This document shows, one piece after another, positions 42,308 through 53,805 of a stretch of DNA of 64,000 nt. This DNA comes from an uncultured bacterium. GTDB taxonomy: Bacteria > Bacteroidota > Bacteroidia > Bacteroidales > Muribaculaceae. The stretch lies in contig CAJMMT010000003.1 of NCBI GenBank assembly GCA_905214715.1, positions 1,804-65,803 of the forward strand. The letters are read 5' to 3'. Position 1 is the stretch's first letter. Each line of letters begins with the position of its first letter. Below the pieces are notes generated by a model. That model was not told the origin of the DNA and made no database searches. It was given only the letters and a program-made list of their open reading frames with translations. The position numbers and the translations under genes were made by a program.

Positions 42308-43645
42308 TCAAGCTTCCACACTCGGAACTGTCTCATCCGCATGCTCTCCTTTATGTTCATGTCCGTCATGGTCTTCAACGGCCATGGAAATGAAGATGGT
42401 CGAAAGCATCGTGAACACGTATGCCTGTATGAAGCTAACCAGAATATCAAGCAGCAACATAAAGATAGAAAACAGTAGAGATACCACTACGCTTCCACCC
42501 TTGGCTGCCGCTCCGAAGACGGCAAAGATGAAAATCAACACCGTAAGAGTCAGCACTATCATATGGCCACCCATCATGTTGGCGAAGAGACGCACACAGA
42601 GTGCGGCCGGCTTGGTGAACATACCGAATATCTCTATGACCTGCATTATGGGGAGAGGAAACTTCAGGAACATTGGTACATCTGGCCAAAATATCTCTTT
42701 CCAGTAATGTTTGTTGCCGTGTATGTTGGTAACTATAAAGGTAAGAGTGGCCAATACCAGAGTTATGGCGATATTGCCGGTAAGGTTTGCGCCTCCGGGG
42801 AATATCACTATAAGCCCCAGCAGGTTCATTATCAAGATAAAGAAGAAACAGGTAAGCAGATAAGGGGCGAAATGGTCTGCTTTCTTGCCCAAAGTCTGCT
42901 TTATGACCCCTGTATATATGAAGCTTACGAGAAGTTCCATGAAGCCGAGGCCCTTACGCGGAGCGGTCATACCCTTTCGGCCGTAGAATTTCACAAGCCA
43001 CATTACGAGCAGGAATACAATCAACGCCGATATGAAAAGGGCAAGCACGTTTTTTGTTATCGACAGGTCAAAAGTGCGATACTCACGATAATATTGACCA
43101 TCGAACCACGCATAACCCTTCAGCTTGGGCGCGCTGTCTTCCTTGAAAGCAATGCCTTTCTTGAGAGCCTCGGCCTTAACCACGGCATTTTTTTCCGCTA
43201 CCAGTTTTTCCACCTGCGCATTTTCAGTCGCATCAAGAGGAAACACCTGTACCACCTTGCTCGCATTTTCAGACTTCTCGGGAATAAGGAAGCTATACTG
43301 CTTGCCGTTACGCTCGGTAGTATAAATTACATGCTCAAGGCTCTCGTGCTTCTTGCCTTTCTCTTTTCCTTCCACTACCTCGGTTACCGTAACCTCGGTA
43401 AGTTTTGCGGAAGAGAAACAGAACCACTGGCCATCTTCAGCACGCACGATAACGGGAAGCGGGATACGGTAGACATGAGAGAAAGGCACCTCCCAGCCAT
43501 AACCGTCGCCGAGGTGATGAAATATAACCTCCTTTACATCGAGTTTTCCATCTTCGCTTCCCGAAGAAGCGAGAGCGCGTAGCTGGAAACATGGCAGCAA
43601 CATTGCAGCCAATATTGTCAGTATGCTGATTTTAAATTTATTCAT
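42308..43645 (-). CDS. atpB: Fo ATP synthase subunit a (long N-terminal extracytoplasmic region)
   Basis: Signal peptide; DLSITKN, GANLTGNI, VRLFANMMGGH, IQAYVFTMLS. Confidence 0.94.
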   Translation of the reverse strand: MNKFKISILTILAAMLLPCFQLRALASSGSEDGKLDVKEVIFHHLGDGYGWEVPFSHVYRIPLPVIVRAEDGQWFCFSSAKLTEVTVTEVVEGKEKGKKHESLEHVIYTTERNGKQYSFLIPEKSENASKVVQVFPLDATENAQVEKLVAEKNAVVKAEALKKGIAFKEDSAPKLKGYAWFDGQYYREYRTFDLSITKNVLALFISALIVFLLVMWLVKFYGRKGMTAPRKGLGFMELLVSFIYTGVIKQTLGKKADHFAPYLLTCFFFILIMNLLGLIVIFPGGANLTGNIAITLVLATLTFIVTNIHGNKHYWKEIFWPDVPMFLKFPLPIMQVIEIFGMFTKPAALCVRLFANMMGGHMIVLTLTVLIFIFAVFGAAAKGGSVVVSLLFSIFMLLLDILVSFIQAYVFTMLSTIFISMAVEDHDGHEHKGEHADETVPSVEA

Positions 43646-43697
43646 CGCTTACAGCTTGGTTGAAGTGCGGTTTGCCGACTCGCGGCATCCGTACGCA

Positions 43698-43934
43698 TCA
43701 ATAAATGCAGACGGAAACCACGTTGTTGTCTACGTCGACGAGGCCCCCCTTTATCTCCACTTCCTCTTCCGGCGCATCTCCCTTACGATAACGCACCATT
43801 CCTTTTACAAGGACTGCGATCAGCGAGGCATGGTTACGAAGCACCATGAATCGGCCCATCTGACCGGGTAACGATACAGCGTCGACCTCGCCGCTGAAGA
43901 GAATCTCGGAAGAAGATATTATCTTAAGTGTCAT
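43698..43934 (-). CDS. atpC: F1 ATP synthase epsilon subunit (beta-sandwich only, 78 aa)
   Basis: LPGQMGRFMVLRNHASLI, KGGLVDV. Confidence 0.92.
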   Translation of the reverse strand: MTLKIISSSEILFSGEVDAVSLPGQMGRFMVLRNHASLIAVLVKGMVRYRKGDAPEEEVEIKGGLVDVDNNVVSVCIY

Positions 43935-43963
43935 AAATACTTATTTGGGAGCGTGGGGTAAAC

Positions 43964-45490
<1,527 letters not shown>

Positions 45491-45575
45491 TTAGAGTGTG
45501 TTGTGATTACTTGTTTGAGTGAGGTCTGCCCGGAAACCGTGTTGAACACTTGCGACCGGTACAGACATCATCGGC

Positions 45576-46655
45576 TTAGAAATGCCAGCCGAGAGCTACG
45601 AATACTGCCATCAGAACCAGATTGGCCAAAGAGAAAGGCATCAGGTACTTCCACTCGAAAGCGAGCAGCTGGTCGATACGTACACGGGGGAATGTCCACT
45701 TGAACCAAATGATCACAAACGAGATGAAGAACGACTTGGCAAGGAACCATATCGGCCCGGGTATCCAGTTCATTACATCATTGAAGCCTGTCCATCCGGG
45801 TACATGCAGAGGCATCCATCCGCCAAGGAACATCAGAGAAGCTATGCCGGAAACGATGAAGAGGTTCAGGTATTCGGCCAGATAGAAGAAACCGAACGAG
45901 ATACCCGAATATTCGGTATGGTAGCCGGCGGTAAGCTCATGCTCGGCCTCGGGAAGGTCGAAAGGACCGCGGTTGGTTTCAGCGGTTGCGGCTATGACGT
46001 AAATTATGAAAGCTATTATCGCGGGGATATGTCCACGGAAAAGGAACCAGGCGGTTTCCTGCTGAGCAACCAATTCCGAGATATTCATGGTGCCGGCAAA
46101 CACGACTATCGACATCAGGGCCAGACCGAGGGAAATCTCATAGCTGACCATCTGAGCGCCGCTTCGCATGGCACCTACCAACGCATATTTGTTGTTCGAG
46201 GCCCATCCTGCAAGCAGTATACCGAGTACACCTACCGAAGATACAGCCAGTATGAAGAAGATACCTATATTGAAGTCGATTATCTGCAGCCCGCGTCCCC
46301 AGGGAAGGCAGGCGAGCATCACCACCGACGAGGTAATGACTATATAAGGAGCGAGTTTAAAGAGGAAACGGTCTGTGCCTTTCAGCGATATGAGCTCCTT
46401 GATAAGGATTTTGAACATATCGGCGAAAACCTGAAGCAGACCCCACTTACCTACACGCATAGGGCCCAGACGGCACTGGAACCATGCGCAAAGCTTACGT
46501 TCGTAGAGGATGTAGAAAAGGGCAAGCACTGTATAGGTGAGCAACACAAGCACGCCCACTACCACACACTCGATGAGTGTGACCAGCCACTGCGACATTC
46601 CGGTTCCAAGCAGAAGATCATTGAACCAGGAAGTTACTATTCCGAAATCAAACAT
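45576..46655 (-). CDS. nuoH: NADH-quinone oxidoreductase subunit H
   Basis: ERKL..RLGP, AQMVSYE, AETNRGPFDLPEAE, TFPRVRIDQ; start at MFDFG. Confidence 0.96.
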   Translation of the reverse strand: MFDFGIVTSWFNDLLLGTGMSQWLVTLIECVVVGVLVLLTYTVLALFYILYERKLCAWFQCRLGPMRVGKWGLLQVFADMFKILIKELISLKGTDRFLFKLAPYIVITSSVVMLACLPWGRGLQIIDFNIGIFFILAVSSVGVLGILLAGWASNNKYALVGAMRSGAQMVSYEISLGLALMSIVVFAGTMNISELVAQQETAWFLFRGHIPAIIAFIIYVIAATAETNRGPFDLPEAEHELTAGYHTEYSGISFGFFYLAEYLNLFIVSGIASLMFLGGWMPLHVPGWTGFNDVMNWIPGPIWFLAKSFFISFVIIWFKWTFPRVRIDQLLAFEWKYLMPFSLANLVLMAVFVALGWHF

Positions 46656-46771
46656 TGGGTCAGTTATATGTTCCGACACCCTACATGGGTGGGAACCGTG
46701 GAAAACTAAGGTTTTAATATTCAAGCAGCGAAGGCCGCCTCTATTTCAAGAGGCAGCCTGCGTGTTAATTG

Positions 46772-48403
46772 TCAACGGTCTATATCGGGAATCACGAAGT
46801 CAAGCGCCGCACCGATCGTGATAACATCAGCGATCATGTGCCCCGCACAAGTAAGATCCATGACACCTACAAGGTTGAAGCACGGGCTCTGGAAATGCAC
46901 ACGCGCCGGATTCTTCTGGCCGTCAGACTCGATATACACTCCGAATGTGCCACGCGAAGCCTCCACCTGCTGATACCAGCGGCCTATTGGAAGTTTGATA
47001 ATCTTGGGCACCTGGCAACGTATCTCGCCTTCCGGGATATTGTCGACAAGCTGAGCAAGAATCTTGCAGCTCTGTTCTATCTCGCGCATACGCACCATAT
47101 AACGCGCATATGAGTCGCAACCGGTCTCCAGAACCTCTTCAAAATCAAGTTCGGAATATATGCTATAAGGATGCTTCTTACGGCAGTCGTTGCTCCAGTT
47201 GGAGCCACGGCCCGAGGGTCCGGTAATAGCGTAATTTATGGCATCTTCCTTCTTAAGGATACCTACCTTCTCAAGGCGGTTCTTAGCGATTATGTTGCCT
47301 GAGAATACGGTATGGTATTCCTTCAGACGGGAGGGCATGATTTCTATGAGTCTCTTCACATCGGAAACAAAATCTTTGTGAAGATCGGCAATTACACCAC
47401 CTATGACATTATAGTTCATCGACATGCGCGCTCCGCATGTCTTCTCGAAAATATCAAGCACCATCTCGCGCTCACGGAAGCCATAGAAGAAAGCGGTTGT
47501 CGCTCCAAGGTCCATGGCCGTACATCCGAACGAAAGCAGGTGAGATGAGATACGCATCAGCTCGTCCATCATAACACGTATAACCTGAGCACGTCTGGGC
47601 ACTTCAAGACCAAGAGCCTTTTCTATGCACATGCAGAGGCAATGACGGTTCTGATGGGCCGACATGTAGTCCATACGGTCGGTGAAGTGAAGTGTCTGCG
47701 GATATGTGAGACCTTCGCAAAGCTTCTCTATGCCACGGTGTATATATCCCGAAACGACATCGATTTTCTTCACAATCTCGCCATCCACGGCCACACGGAA
47801 ACGCATCACGCCATGAGTGGATGGGTGCTGCGGACCGATATTCATGACATAATCTTCAGCTTCGAATACCTTGCCGGGGACTTTCTTCACATTTCCGTTG
47901 GCATCCTCAACGTACGAAACCGTATCATCTTCGTTAACCTCATCTTTTTGAGGGATTGGATTCAGTTTGGGGTCGGCATCGTAATCCTTGCGCAGAGGGA
48001 ACCCTTTCCAATCGTTGCGCAGGAAGAAACGACGCATGTCGGGGTGGTTAATAAACTTGATGCCGTAAAAATCATAGACCTCACGTTCCTGGAAATTGGC
48101 AACCTTCCAGAGATCCTGTACAGAATGGATCATCGGGTCCTTACGATCGGGCACAGCCACTTTGACGGCGATAACCTGCCAGTCGCGGGAAGTAGACGTA
48201 AGGTAATAAACTACACCGAGTGTCTCGCCCCAGTCCATGCCGACCACAGCGGTAAGCAGGTCAAAGTCAAGCTCGCGGTCTTCCTTGAGTTGTTTAGCGA
48301 GGGAGTACCAGTCTTTCTCAGGCACATTTACCAACAAGGCATCTCCTTCCTCGAAAGTGGCAGCCGGGCAAATCTTGCCTATCTTTTCTTTAATATCGCT
48401 CAT
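46772..48403 (-). CDS. nuoCD: Fused NADH-quinone oxidoreductase subunit C/D
   Basis: EREVYDFYGI, GFPLRKDY (C); NIGPQHPSTHGV, GYIHRGIEK, DRMDY, DIDR (D); no NiFe CxxC motifs. Confidence 0.95.
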   Translation of the reverse strand: MSDIKEKIGKICPAATFEEGDALLVNVPEKDWYSLAKQLKEDRELDFDLLTAVVGMDWGETLGVVYYLTSTSRDWQVIAVKVAVPDRKDPMIHSVQDLWKVANFQEREVYDFYGIKFINHPDMRRFFLRNDWKGFPLRKDYDADPKLNPIPQKDEVNEDDTVSYVEDANGNVKKVPGKVFEAEDYVMNIGPQHPSTHGVMRFRVAVDGEIVKKIDVVSGYIHRGIEKLCEGLTYPQTLHFTDRMDYMSAHQNRHCLCMCIEKALGLEVPRRAQVIRVMMDELMRISSHLLSFGCTAMDLGATTAFFYGFREREMVLDIFEKTCGARMSMNYNVIGGVIADLHKDFVSDVKRLIEIMPSRLKEYHTVFSGNIIAKNRLEKVGILKKEDAINYAITGPSGRGSNWSNDCRKKHPYSIYSELDFEEVLETGCDSYARYMVRMREIEQSCKILAQLVDNIPEGEIRCQVPKIIKLPIGRWYQQVEASRGTFGVYIESDGQKNPARVHFQSPCFNLVGVMDLTCAGHMIADVITIGAALDFVIPDIDR

Positions 48404-48417
48404 GGGTATGGTAAGGC

Positions 48418-49029
48418 TTACTTTATTTTACCCTCTTCTTCGGGATGTTTCTTGAAAAAGTCATTTATTTTCTCCTGACGGTTCACGCCTCCGAAGAACT
48501 TCTGTACTTTGATCTTGCGCTGCAGCTGCATCAATCCGTAGAACATAGCCTCGGGACGCGGAGGACAACCGGGGATAAAGACATCAACCGGAAGAATCTT
48601 GTCGACACCGGGCACTACACAATAACTATTCTTGAAAGGGCCACCCGAAACCGCGCAACCGCCGCAGGCGATAACATATTTGGGTTCCGCGAGCTGCTCG
48701 TAAAGACGAAGCAACGCCGGCGCCATTCGATGAACAATAGTACCCTGCACCATTATATAGTCGGCCTGACGAGGTGAGTTACGGGCAACCTCGAAACCGA
48801 AACGGGCCATATCGTATCGGGCGGCACCGAGACTCATGAATTCTATAGCGCAACAACTCGTGCCGAAGCATAGCGGCCACAGAGAGTTGGAGATACCCCA
48901 GTTTATAAGCTGGTCAAGCTTGCCTACAGCCACATTGGCACCGGAAGCGTTGAGTTCTTCTACAAGATTGTCGATGTATTCGTTGTCTTTGAAGTCCTCA
49001 TGTTTCATCGACTTGATTTTCACTCCCAT
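48418..49029 (-). CDS. nuoB: NADH-quinone oxidoreductase subunit B
   Basis: [30 protein letters not shown]. Confidence 0.96.
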   Translation of the reverse strand: MGVKIKSMKHEDFKDNEYIDNLVEELNASGANVAVGKLDQLINWGISNSLWPLCFGTSCCAIEFMSLGAARYDMARFGFEVARNSPRQADYIMVQGTIVHRMAPALLRLYEQLAEPKYVIACGGCAVSGGPFKNSYCVVPGVDKILPVDVFIPGCPPRPEAMFYGLMQLQRKIKVQKFFGGVNRQEKINDFFKKHPEEEGKIK

Positions 49030-49391
49030 TTCAGCACTCCTTTCCGCCATGCATAAGCCAGGCCCAATACAAGTATGAACATGAAAATACCGATGCAGAG
49101 CAGACCGCTGGGACCAAGTTTATTGGTTATGGTCGCCCAAGGATACAGAAACACCGTCTCGACGTCAAAAATAAGGAAGAGAATGGCGAAGATGTAGTAT
49201 CCCGCTTTGAACTGAACCATCGATTCGCCACGAGTGGGAATACCGCACTCGTAAGTCTCGGCCTTGCGTACCGAATAAGACTTGGGCGAAATCAATTTGG
49301 CAATCAGCAGCGCGGCAAAAACGAGGGCCATACCTGTAACCACAGCGGTAATAGCCAGGTCGCCGTTGCTTATCTCCAACAAAAGATTCAT
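49020..49391 (-). CDS. nuoA: NADH-quinone oxidoreductase subunit A
   Basis: [29 protein letters not shown]. Confidence 0.96.
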   Translation of the reverse strand: MNLLLEISNGDLAITAVVTGMALVFAALLIAKLISPKSYSVRKAETYECGIPTRGESMVQFKAGYYIFAILFLIFDVETVFLYPWATITNKLGPSGLLCIGIFMFILVLGLAYAWRKGVLKWE

Positions 49392-49464
49392 ATAATCTAT
49401 TTTATATTAGAAGGTTATTAGATTCTCGTTGAAAATGCCGGGTACGTGGGGGCAATTTTCCTTG

Positions 49465-49495
49465 CAAAGGTATTAAAAAATATTAACACAACAAA
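49465..49495 (-). promoter_or_regulatory. Consensus Bacteroidetes sigma-A promoter for the nuo-atp operon
   Basis: Minus strand TTTG-N19-TACCTTTG. Confidence 0.8.
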
Positions 49496-49528
49496 GGGCA
49501 GAAAATGTTTTCCAACATATCCTGCCCT
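49495..49528 (-). terminator. Hairpin ending the TonB receptor-lipoprotein unit; contains a Cur-like palindrome
   Basis: AGGGCAGGA...TCCTGCCCT stem with inner ATGTT-TTCC-AACAT; T-rich tail on the minus strand. Confidence 0.55.
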
Positions 49529-49573
49529 ATAATTACCATGAATTTTCACTATTTCCCTGATCAAGCCATCGGT

Positions 49574-50098
49574 TCAAAGGAAAATTCCTGTGGAAGTGAA
49601 TTTTCCGGTACCCATGTTCGCGACCTCGAACGTCACATTTACTCCGCTATGTGCCTTATCTGCAAAAGTGGCCTCGAATTTGGAGAATTTAAATCTGTCG
49701 TTGGGAGTCATTCCGTCGCCTTCCTGAACATAGGGTGTGATATCGGTACCTTTGACCGTCTGCATTCTTGAATCATACTTCAGATCTCGGAGATGCAGAA
49801 GCATCGTGGGCATCTTCTCGCTGAAACGAGCATCGATAAGCTTCACTGTACAGGTATTTTTCTTTGTGTCGATAACGAAATTCCATTTGGAATCTTTGGT
49901 CTGATAGGTAACCGCAGGCATGTTAGGCATTGAGACTGTGCTCTCCATAATACCAGTATAACACGCATTATTGGGATCAAACACAACTTGAGGCGGAGTC
50001 GGCTCCGAATCGTCATCGTCATTGCAAGACACAAGCATGGCAGGGAACAGTATCACTGCCAAAGATGCTAAAAATTTAATTGCTTTAACAAATTTCAT
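49574..50098 (-). CDS. Outer-membrane lipoprotein (beta-rich, possibly calycin-like)
   Basis: Lipobox LVSC followed by NDDDDSE, an acidic surface-export-like signal; downstream of the TonB receptor. Confidence 0.7.
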   Translation of the reverse strand: MKFVKAIKFLASLAVILFPAMLVSCNDDDDSEPTPPQVVFDPNNACYTGIMESTVSMPNMPAVTYQTKDSKWNFVIDTKKNTCTVKLIDARFSEKMPTMLLHLRDLKYDSRMQTVKGTDITPYVQEGDGMTPNDRFKFSKFEATFADKAHSGVNVTFEVANMGTGKFTSTGIFL

Positions 50099-50117
50099 AT
50101 CTACTATAATGTTTGGT

Positions 50118-52469
50118 TCATATTTCATAAGAGAAGGTTACGCCGGCCTGCAGAGGCTTGCCTTGTTGAAGGAACTCATGCCCCATAGACTTGAAATAGA
50201 ATGTATGGAAGCTTGTATCTGTCAGGTTCTTGCCCCATAATCTCAACTCCCACCCGTTTTTCCGCCAGCTTACGGAGGCTGCAAGTTGGGCATAAGGATT
50301 CTGGCGCAAAGTGTTCGCTTCGTTCCATTCTATCGGACCTGTTATGCTTACACTCACATCGAATTCAAGCGAACCCCACGTGCCTTGTAACGGCTGGCGA
50401 TAAAGGCCCTGGATGAACAATGTGTTGCCGGGCACGTATGGAAGTTTCTTACCGGCATAATCGTTTATGCCATCGGAAAACTTACGGAACCGGGCATCTG
50501 TAAATCCATAACTGGCATTGAAGTCAAGACGGTCCGTCGCGTTCCAACGCAACGTTGCTTCCGCGCCATAGCTGCGCGTCTCGCCGGCATTGGTCATCAT
50601 ACGGCCTGTTGTGGTGCCGTCGGGAAACATAGTAAGCTGCTGATCACGGCAATCTATGTAGAAAGCCGATAGATCTACCTGCAGACGCGCCGATGAAAAA
50701 TCAAGATGGGCGCCTATTTCATAGTTCCAGCTGTGTTCCGGCTTGTATCCTACGGTTTCATTTACGTCATGCGGTTTACCTATACCCATGATATTCATAA
50801 GACGCTGCTGAAGCACCTCGCTGAACATCTGGGTATTGAAACCTCCGGCTTTTGCTCCGCGCGACACATTTGCATAGATATTGGAACTTCCGCCACTGAT
50901 ATTCCATAACAGAGAAAGAGATGGAAGCAGCATCAAATAGTCGCGCTTAAGATCTCCCCGATCATCTATATCTATGCGAACCTTACGTACCAACGGCCAA
51001 CCGGCAATGACATCAGGCGACGGGACCATGTCAGGATCCGGACTGTCATATATCCCGTAACCTGTAGAGCAATAACTATGATAGTGCATAACGGCTCTTT
51101 CATATTCCAATCTCAGAGCAGCGGTAATCTTGAAGTCTCCTAAACCAAGTTTCGACTCATGGTAGACCGCCAGCCCATAGGTAGGGACATCGAAATCGCT
51201 GTCGAGAGAAAACGAGCGTGTGTTCCACGCTATCGGGAAATAGGGATTGGCGTCGTTACGATGTTTCTCGATAAGCTCGGAGATGCCGGTATTTTTAAAA
51301 GTTACCGGAGCCTCCATGTGCATTTTTTTCCAGAATCCCGAGAGTCCGGCTATCCAGCCATATGCATTGTTACTGTTGTCCGGAGAGCGGACCGTCAAGT
51401 CTTGAGTTATCGCCAGCTCATGTTTACGTTGATTTAGAGTGAAATATGGCTGAGGCAGAAAATCCTGGTCAAGAAGCAGATCATCATCTATATACTGCAA
51501 CGAAGTGACCGACACTGCAGTGAAATCATCATGAAATTTCATAAGGGTCAGCCCGTCGCTTAATGTAAAACGGTCATACCGGCACGGATCGTTATAATCT
51601 ATTTTCCCGGTTTCGGTAAATTCATAGGCATATCCGTTCTGATGCAACAAGGATGTGGACAATACATTCTGAAGCGAAAGCGAGGGCAATATACGCCATT
51701 GATATTTAAGTCTCAACGAGCCTGATGTCTCACGTTCGGTCAGAGAGTTGTCATATTCGTTTCGTCTGAATCCGCCCTGATGATTAGCAAGGAGCGAAAC
51801 CGAAATAGCATGCCGGGGATTGAATTTATGATACCACCCCACGCTTCCCTTTGTCTGCCGTCCGTTGGCCACCGTGACCTGCAACCTCCATCCTTGGTAC
51901 CGGAACGGGGATATCGTCGATACATTTATAAGCCCGCCCATCGTATTACGCCCATAAATAGCGGATTGCGGTCCGCGCAACACCTCTACACGAGCCATGT
52001 CGGGTATATCAAGGTCATAGGCGTCTTTATTAAGTACGGCCACATTGTCGATTACAAGCCCTACTGCCGGATGATCCATTCTGGCACCTATCCCCCTCAC
52101 ATATATCGAAGAGGTTATTCGGGAACCATAGTCGGGGATGTATAGGTTGGGAACCATCTCAGACAATCCTTTTACGGCCACAACACCCGAACTCCGCAGT
52201 TCCCCGCTACCCAACACTGTTCCGCTTACCGGTTCGTTACGGAGACGGTCTTGCTGTTTTATGGCGGTTATGTTAAGTTCGGGAAGCTCTCCTTCGATAC
52301 CTTCATTATAAAATATGGAATCGGCCTGAAGATGTCGCGTCCGCTCCATTCCTGAAATGTTACCGCAAACCGACACTACAAACAATGCCGCACAGACGCT
52401 CCTGAGCAGAAGCGACGGAATACGGCTGCGTCGTAAAAGCGGGTTTATATGATATCGGATGATACTCAT
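50118..52469 (-). CDS. TonB-dependent receptor
   Basis: Plug motifs IYVRGIG and RVEVLRGPQSAIYGRNTMGGLINV; NLTD and terminal GVTFSYEI; start uncertain. Confidence 0.92.
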   Translation of the reverse strand: MSIIRYHINPLLRRSRIPSLLLRSVCAALFVVSVCGNISGMERTRHLQADSIFYNEGIEGELPELNITAIKQQDRLRNEPVSGTVLGSGELRSSGVVAVKGLSEMVPNLYIPDYGSRITSSIYVRGIGARMDHPAVGLVIDNVAVLNKDAYDLDIPDMARVEVLRGPQSAIYGRNTMGGLINVSTISPFRYQGWRLQVTVANGRQTKGSVGWYHKFNPRHAISVSLLANHQGGFRRNEYDNSLTERETSGSLRLKYQWRILPSLSLQNVLSTSLLHQNGYAYEFTETGKIDYNDPCRYDRFTLSDGLTLMKFHDDFTAVSVTSLQYIDDDLLLDQDFLPQPYFTLNQRKHELAITQDLTVRSPDNSNNAYGWIAGLSGFWKKMHMEAPVTFKNTGISELIEKHRNDANPYFPIAWNTRSFSLDSDFDVPTYGLAVYHESKLGLGDFKITAALRLEYERAVMHYHSYCSTGYGIYDSPDPDMVPSPDVIAGWPLVRKVRIDIDDRGDLKRDYLMLLPSLSLLWNISGGSSNIYANVSRGAKAGGFNTQMFSEVLQQRLMNIMGIGKPHDVNETVGYKPEHSWNYEIGAHLDFSSARLQVDLSAFYIDCRDQQLTMFPDGTTTGRMMTNAGETRSYGAEATLRWNATDRLDFNASYGFTDARFRKFSDGINDYAGKKLPYVPGNTLFIQGLYRQPLQGTWGSLEFDVSVSITGPIEWNEANTLRQNPYAQLAASVSWRKNGWELRLWGKNLTDTSFHTFYFKSMGHEFLQQGKPLQAGVTFSYEI

Positions 52470-52587
52470 TTTACAGTTTACAAAATTCCTCAATTATCCC
52501 CTATACCAAAATACCTAAAAATGATGATTTAGATACAGGGGAAGTGTGTGATTACCGTTTTTGGATATTTTTCAGTAAATTTGCCTT

Positions 52588-53805
52588 ATGAAATCACTCA
52601 AAGAACTTTACAGAATAGGAACCGGTCCCTCCAGTTCCCATACCATGGGACCACGAAAAGCTGCGGAACAGTTTCTTGCGACCCATCATAATGCCAAGGG
52701 ATTCGAAGTCACTCTTTATGGATCGCTTGCCGCAACCGGCAAGGGACACATGACCGACGCCGCCATCATCGATGTGCTCTCGCAGTCCGATATGCCGATA
52801 AAAATAGTATGGCATCCCGATATATTCCTGCCCTATCATCCCAACGGCATGACCTTCAAGAGTCTTGACGAACAAGGATTCCCTACCGATTCTTGGACGG
52901 TTTTCAGCGTCGGCGGCGGAGCAATTGAAGAGGAAGGCAAACCTCACGAAGGGTTTGGAGAAATCTACGAACTCGACACGTTGTCGGAAATAATGTCTTA
53001 TTGCGAACGCACCGGACGCAGCTACTGGGAATATGTGATGCAACGCGAGGGCGAAGGGATATATCCTTATCTGGTTGAGGTATGGGAAACCATGAAGCGT
53101 GCAGTGGAAAGAGGCATAGAAGCCGAAGGGCGTCTTCCCGGGCCGCTGAATCTTGCCCGCAAGGCACACTCCTACATAGTGAAAGCCGAAGGATATCGCG
53201 ACAATCTGAGGTCTCGCGGCAAGGTATTCGCCTATGCCCTTGCGGTCAGCGAAGAGAACGCTTCTGGCGGGGTTATCGTCACGGCTCCAACCTGCGGTTC
53301 CAGCGGTGTGGTGCCCGGAGTGCTCTACCACCTTTGGAAGTCCCGTAATTTTACAGAAAAGCAGATGGTACATGCTCTGGCGACTGCCGGATTGTTCGGC
53401 AATGTGGTAAAGCAGAATGCCTCTATTTCCGGTGCCGATGTAGGCTGCCAGGGAGAAGTAGGCGTCGCATGCGCTATGGCGGCTGCCGCAGCCAGTCAGC
53501 TTTTCGGAGGAAGTGTGGCTCAGATTGAATATGCTGCGGAAATGGGTCTCGAACACCATCTCGGCATGACCTGCGATCCGGTGTGCGGTCTTGTGCAGAT
53601 TCCGTGCATAGAGCGTAACGCATACGCGGCCGCCCGCGCGCTCGACGCGAACATCTACGCCTCGTTTACCGATGGCAACCATCGTGTTTCTTTCGACCGT
53701 CTTGTGGAGGTAATGAAGCAGACCGGACACGATATCCCTTCTCTTTACAAAGAAACCGGAGCGGGGGGCCTCGCCAAGGATTACTCGCAAATGAAAAGAA
53801 ACTGA
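52588..53805 (+). CDS. sdaA: L-serine ammonia-lyase (Fe-S, single chain)
   Basis: GTGPSSSHTMGP, YGSLAATGKGH, APTCGSSG, GCQGEVG, CDPVCGLVQIPCIERN. Confidence 0.96.
   Translation: MKSLKELYRIGTGPSSSHTMGPRKAAEQFLATHHNAKGFEVTLYGSLAATGKGHMTDAAIIDVLSQSDMPIKIVWHPDIFLPYHPNGMTFKSLDEQGFPTDSWTVFSVGGGAIEEEGKPHEGFGEIYELDTLSEIMSYCERTGRSYWEYVMQREGEGIYPYLVEVWETMKRAVERGIEAEGRLPGPLNLARKAHSYIVKAEGYRDNLRSRGKVFAYALAVSEENASGGVIVTAPTCGSSGVVPGVLYHLWKSRNFTEKQMVHALATAGLFGNVVKQNASISGADVGCQGEVGVACAMAAAAASQLFGGSVAQIEYAAEMGLEHHLGMTCDPVCGLVQIPCIERNAYAAARALDANIYASFTDGNHRVSFDRLVEVMKQTGHDIPSLYKETGAGGLAKDYSQMKRN

Noticed and set aside
43698..43934. Short epsilon subunit as a pseudogene
   Set aside because: C-terminally truncated epsilon is normal in Bacteroidetes
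46772..48403. Group 4 [NiFe]-hydrogenase interpretation of the nuo genes
   Set aside because: The large subunit lacks both CxxC Ni-binding motifs, and NuoA/J/K are present
52512..52535. Imperfect palindrome TACCTAAA-N8-TTTAGATA upstream of the TonB receptor as a Fur box
   Set aside because: Orientation and spacing do not match the Fur motifs I recall; short and AT-rich, so plausibly chance
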